Positions 61,247 through 64,000 of a stretch of DNA of 64,000 bases are shown here, in pieces (the stretch's first letter is position 1; every line of letters begins with the position of its first letter). Under the pieces are notes generated by a model. It was not told the DNA's origin, searched no databases, and saw only the letters and a list, made by a program, of their open reading frames with translations. The stretch lies in the NCBI RefSeq assembly GCF_006345805.1, contig NC_043001.1, forward strand, positions 133,238,001 to 133,302,000. The letters are read 5' to 3'. The DNA is from Octopus sinensis (taxonomy: Eukaryota). The translations under genes and the position numbers were made by a program.

Positions 61247-61500
61247 GGTTGTATACTGTCAATCTAACGTGAACGTGACAGTAGGGGGTTACACCACCGC
61301 TGTTTAGCCCTAGGAAGCATCGACGCCTCCTGATGGCTTTGACACATTTTCTCTGTGTCCTTATAGACAGTTACGAAGGGGAGACATTTATAAGGACACC
61401 GGAAAAATGTGTCAAAGCCATCAGGAGGCGTCGATGCTTCCCAGGGCTAAACAGCGGTGGTGTAACGTCCACGTTCACGTTAGATTGACAGTATACAACC
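61247..61500. mobile_element. 254-bp near-palindromic MITE with 3-bp ATT duplication (PIF/Harbinger-related)
   Basis: About 115-bp inverted arms GGTTGTATACTGTCAATCTAACGTGAAC / GTTCACGTTAGATTGACAGTATACAACC. ATT on both flanks. Confidence 0.85.
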
Positions 61501-62135
61501 ATTCTATCGCCCCACCACCGTACATATCTCTATGAGAGATTTAGAAATTTAATATTTCTTATCAAAAATTTCCGAACAAAAATAAAGGGCTTGCTGCACA
61601 TCAGGGGGTCAGGGTATTTGATTCTATACAAAAAAAAACTAGTTTTTTTTTTTTTTTTCTTGGTAAAAGTTGTGCGGGTGAAAAGATCAATGGAGGAGGG
61701 GGTGAAATTTCCGAGGCTTCCACCTCACCCCACTCCGTTTTCCAGACCCCCACCCAAAACGGTTTTGTAGCATATTATGAGGTCACCGTAATTGGTTCAA
61801 TGAAAAAAAAATTTTTCTAGTGATTCCGGGATGGTGGGAGGGGCATCCCCACCCACCCCCTTTTCCGAACAAAATTAAGAAGTTTGCAGCATATTAGGAA
61901 GTGAGGGTACTTGATTCCATGCAAAAAATTCAAGATTTTTTTGGGTTTTTTTGGTGAAAATCCTGCAGGTGAAAGAATCAAATAATACCAAATCAACCCC
62001 AGGATTTATTCTTTGTAAGCCCAGTACTTATTCTATCGGCCTCTTTTGCCGAACCGCTATGTTATGGGGACGTAAACACACCAACATCGATTGTCAAGCG
62101 ATTGTGGGGTGGCAAACAACAAACACAGGCACACA

Positions 62136-63300
62136 AATACATACATACATACATACATACATACATACATACATGCATACATACATACATACATACATAC
62201 ATACATACATACATAATACATACATACATACATACATACATACATACATACATACATGCATACATACATACACGCATACATACATACAAACATACATACA
62301 TACATACATACATGCATACATACATACATACATAAATACATACATACATACATACATACATACATACATGCATACATACATACATACATACATACATACA
62401 TACATACATGCATACATACACGCATACATACATACAAACATACATACATACATACATAAATACATACATACATACATACATACATACACGCATACATGCA
62501 TACAAACATACATACATACATACATACATACATACATACATGCATACATACATACATACATACATACATACATACATACATACATACAAACATACATACA
62601 TACATACATACATGCATACATACATACATACATAAATACATACATACATACATACATACATGCATGCATACATACATACATACATACATACATACATACA
62701 TACATACATGCATACATACACGCATACATACATACAAACATACATACATACATACATAAATACATACATACATACATACATACATACACGCATACATGCA
62801 TACAAACATACATACATACATACATACATACATACATGCATACATACATACATACATACATACATACATACATACATACATACATACATACATACATACA
62901 TACATACATGCATACATACATACATACATACACACATACACACATACATACATACATACATACATACATACATGCATGCATGCATACATACATACATACA
63001 TACATACATACATACATACATACATACATGCATACATACACGCATACATACATACAAACATACATACATACATACATACATACATACATGCATACATACA
63101 TTCATACATACATAAATACATAAATACATACATACATACATACATACATACATGCATACATACACGCATACATACATACAAACATACATACATACATACA
63201 TACATACATACATACATTCATACATACATAAATACATAAATACATACATACATACATACATACATACAAACATACACACAAGCACACACACACACACGCA
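62136..63300. repeat. (CATA)n microsatellite with higher-order structure
   Basis: 62401-62520 is identical to 62701-62820, including the variant units. Confidence 0.95.
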
Positions 63301-63319
63301 GATATATATAGTCGAAATT

Positions 63320-63474
63320 TACAGAAAAACCAAAGAAACAACAAGCAGGTGTTTGATAGCTTGACGCTCAGGAAGGAGAGAGAGTCTTTTACATTTTGAG
63401 CCTACGCTCTTCTACAGAAAGGAACAAGAGCAAATAAACAGAAAGACAATAAAAAAAACTTATGGATTTAGTGG
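63320..63474 (-). mobile_element. Probable Penelope-like element terminal-repeat fragment
   Basis: Contains a degenerate minimal hammerhead-like motif at 63386-63421. Abuts a Helitron 3' end at 63475-63500. Confidence 0.4.
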
Positions 63475-63804
63475 TAGCAGAGATACCCGGCGTTGCTCGG
63501 AATTAAAATTGCATAGTTTTTTTATTGTTTTACATGTTTATGTCCTGTGACTGCAGTCATGCTGGAGCACCGCCTTTAGTCATAGAAATCGACTCCAGGA
63601 TTTATTCTTTGTAAGCCTTGTACATATTCTATCGGTTTGTTTTGTCAAACGGCTAGGTTGCAAGACATAAACATAGCAACATCGGTTGTTAAGCGATAGT
63701 GGGTGGTACAAACACAGACACACATACACGCGCATACACACACACACACGCACACAGACGCGCGCGCGCACACACACACATATATATTTATATATACATA
63801 TATA

Positions 63805-63858
<54 letters not shown>

Positions 63859-64000
63859 GGCGCAGGAGTGGCTGTGTGGTAAGTAGACATCTTGGTCAAG
63901 TGACTTCTGCTATAGCCCCGGGCCGACCAATGCCTAGTGAGTGGATTTGGTAGACGGAAACTGAAAGAAGCCTGTCGTATATATGTATGTGTGTGTATGT

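Noticed and set aside
42722-64000. CUT repeat or homeodomain exons of CUX
   Set aside because: None seen in the ORF track or by eye. Short exons or exons beyond the window cannot be excluded.

Overview
AT-rich, repeat-dense metazoan genomic DNA. I infer a coleoid cephalopod (Octopus-like) from the SINE, RTE and CR1 families, which I recognise from memory and could not search. Three host genes can be built from the sequence. (1) The last coding exon of a JHY-like gene (+, 1645-1875). (2) A complete 3-exon MRPL41 gene (-, 14661 to 6368, 129 aa) whose second intron must be GC-AG. (3) A complete 3-exon CASP golgin gene, the Cut/CUX1 alternatively spliced product (+, 25989-42721, 688 aa), with no CUT or homeobox exons in the window. 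The ORF track misses the JHY-like exon and MRPL41 exons 2-3. A fourth gene may start near 59444. Most of the rest is mobile DNA: three tRNA-headed SINE families; RTE, CR1, L1/Tx1 and RLE-type LINE fragments; mariner remnants; piggyBac-type MITEs; non-autonomous Helitrons; and long microsatellites. The most coherent unexplained structure is a set of GG-terminated elements with mostly 8-9 bp target duplications (Merlin-like). It includes a 2.1-kb foldback, a 1.5-kb long-TIR element and 91-94 bp mini-elements that look like a microhomology deletion product of the foldback. A decayed Merlin/IS1595-type transposase lies in the same window. I found no CRISPR array, rRNA gene or genuine tRNA gene. 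Repeat boundaries are approximate unless a TSD is quoted.
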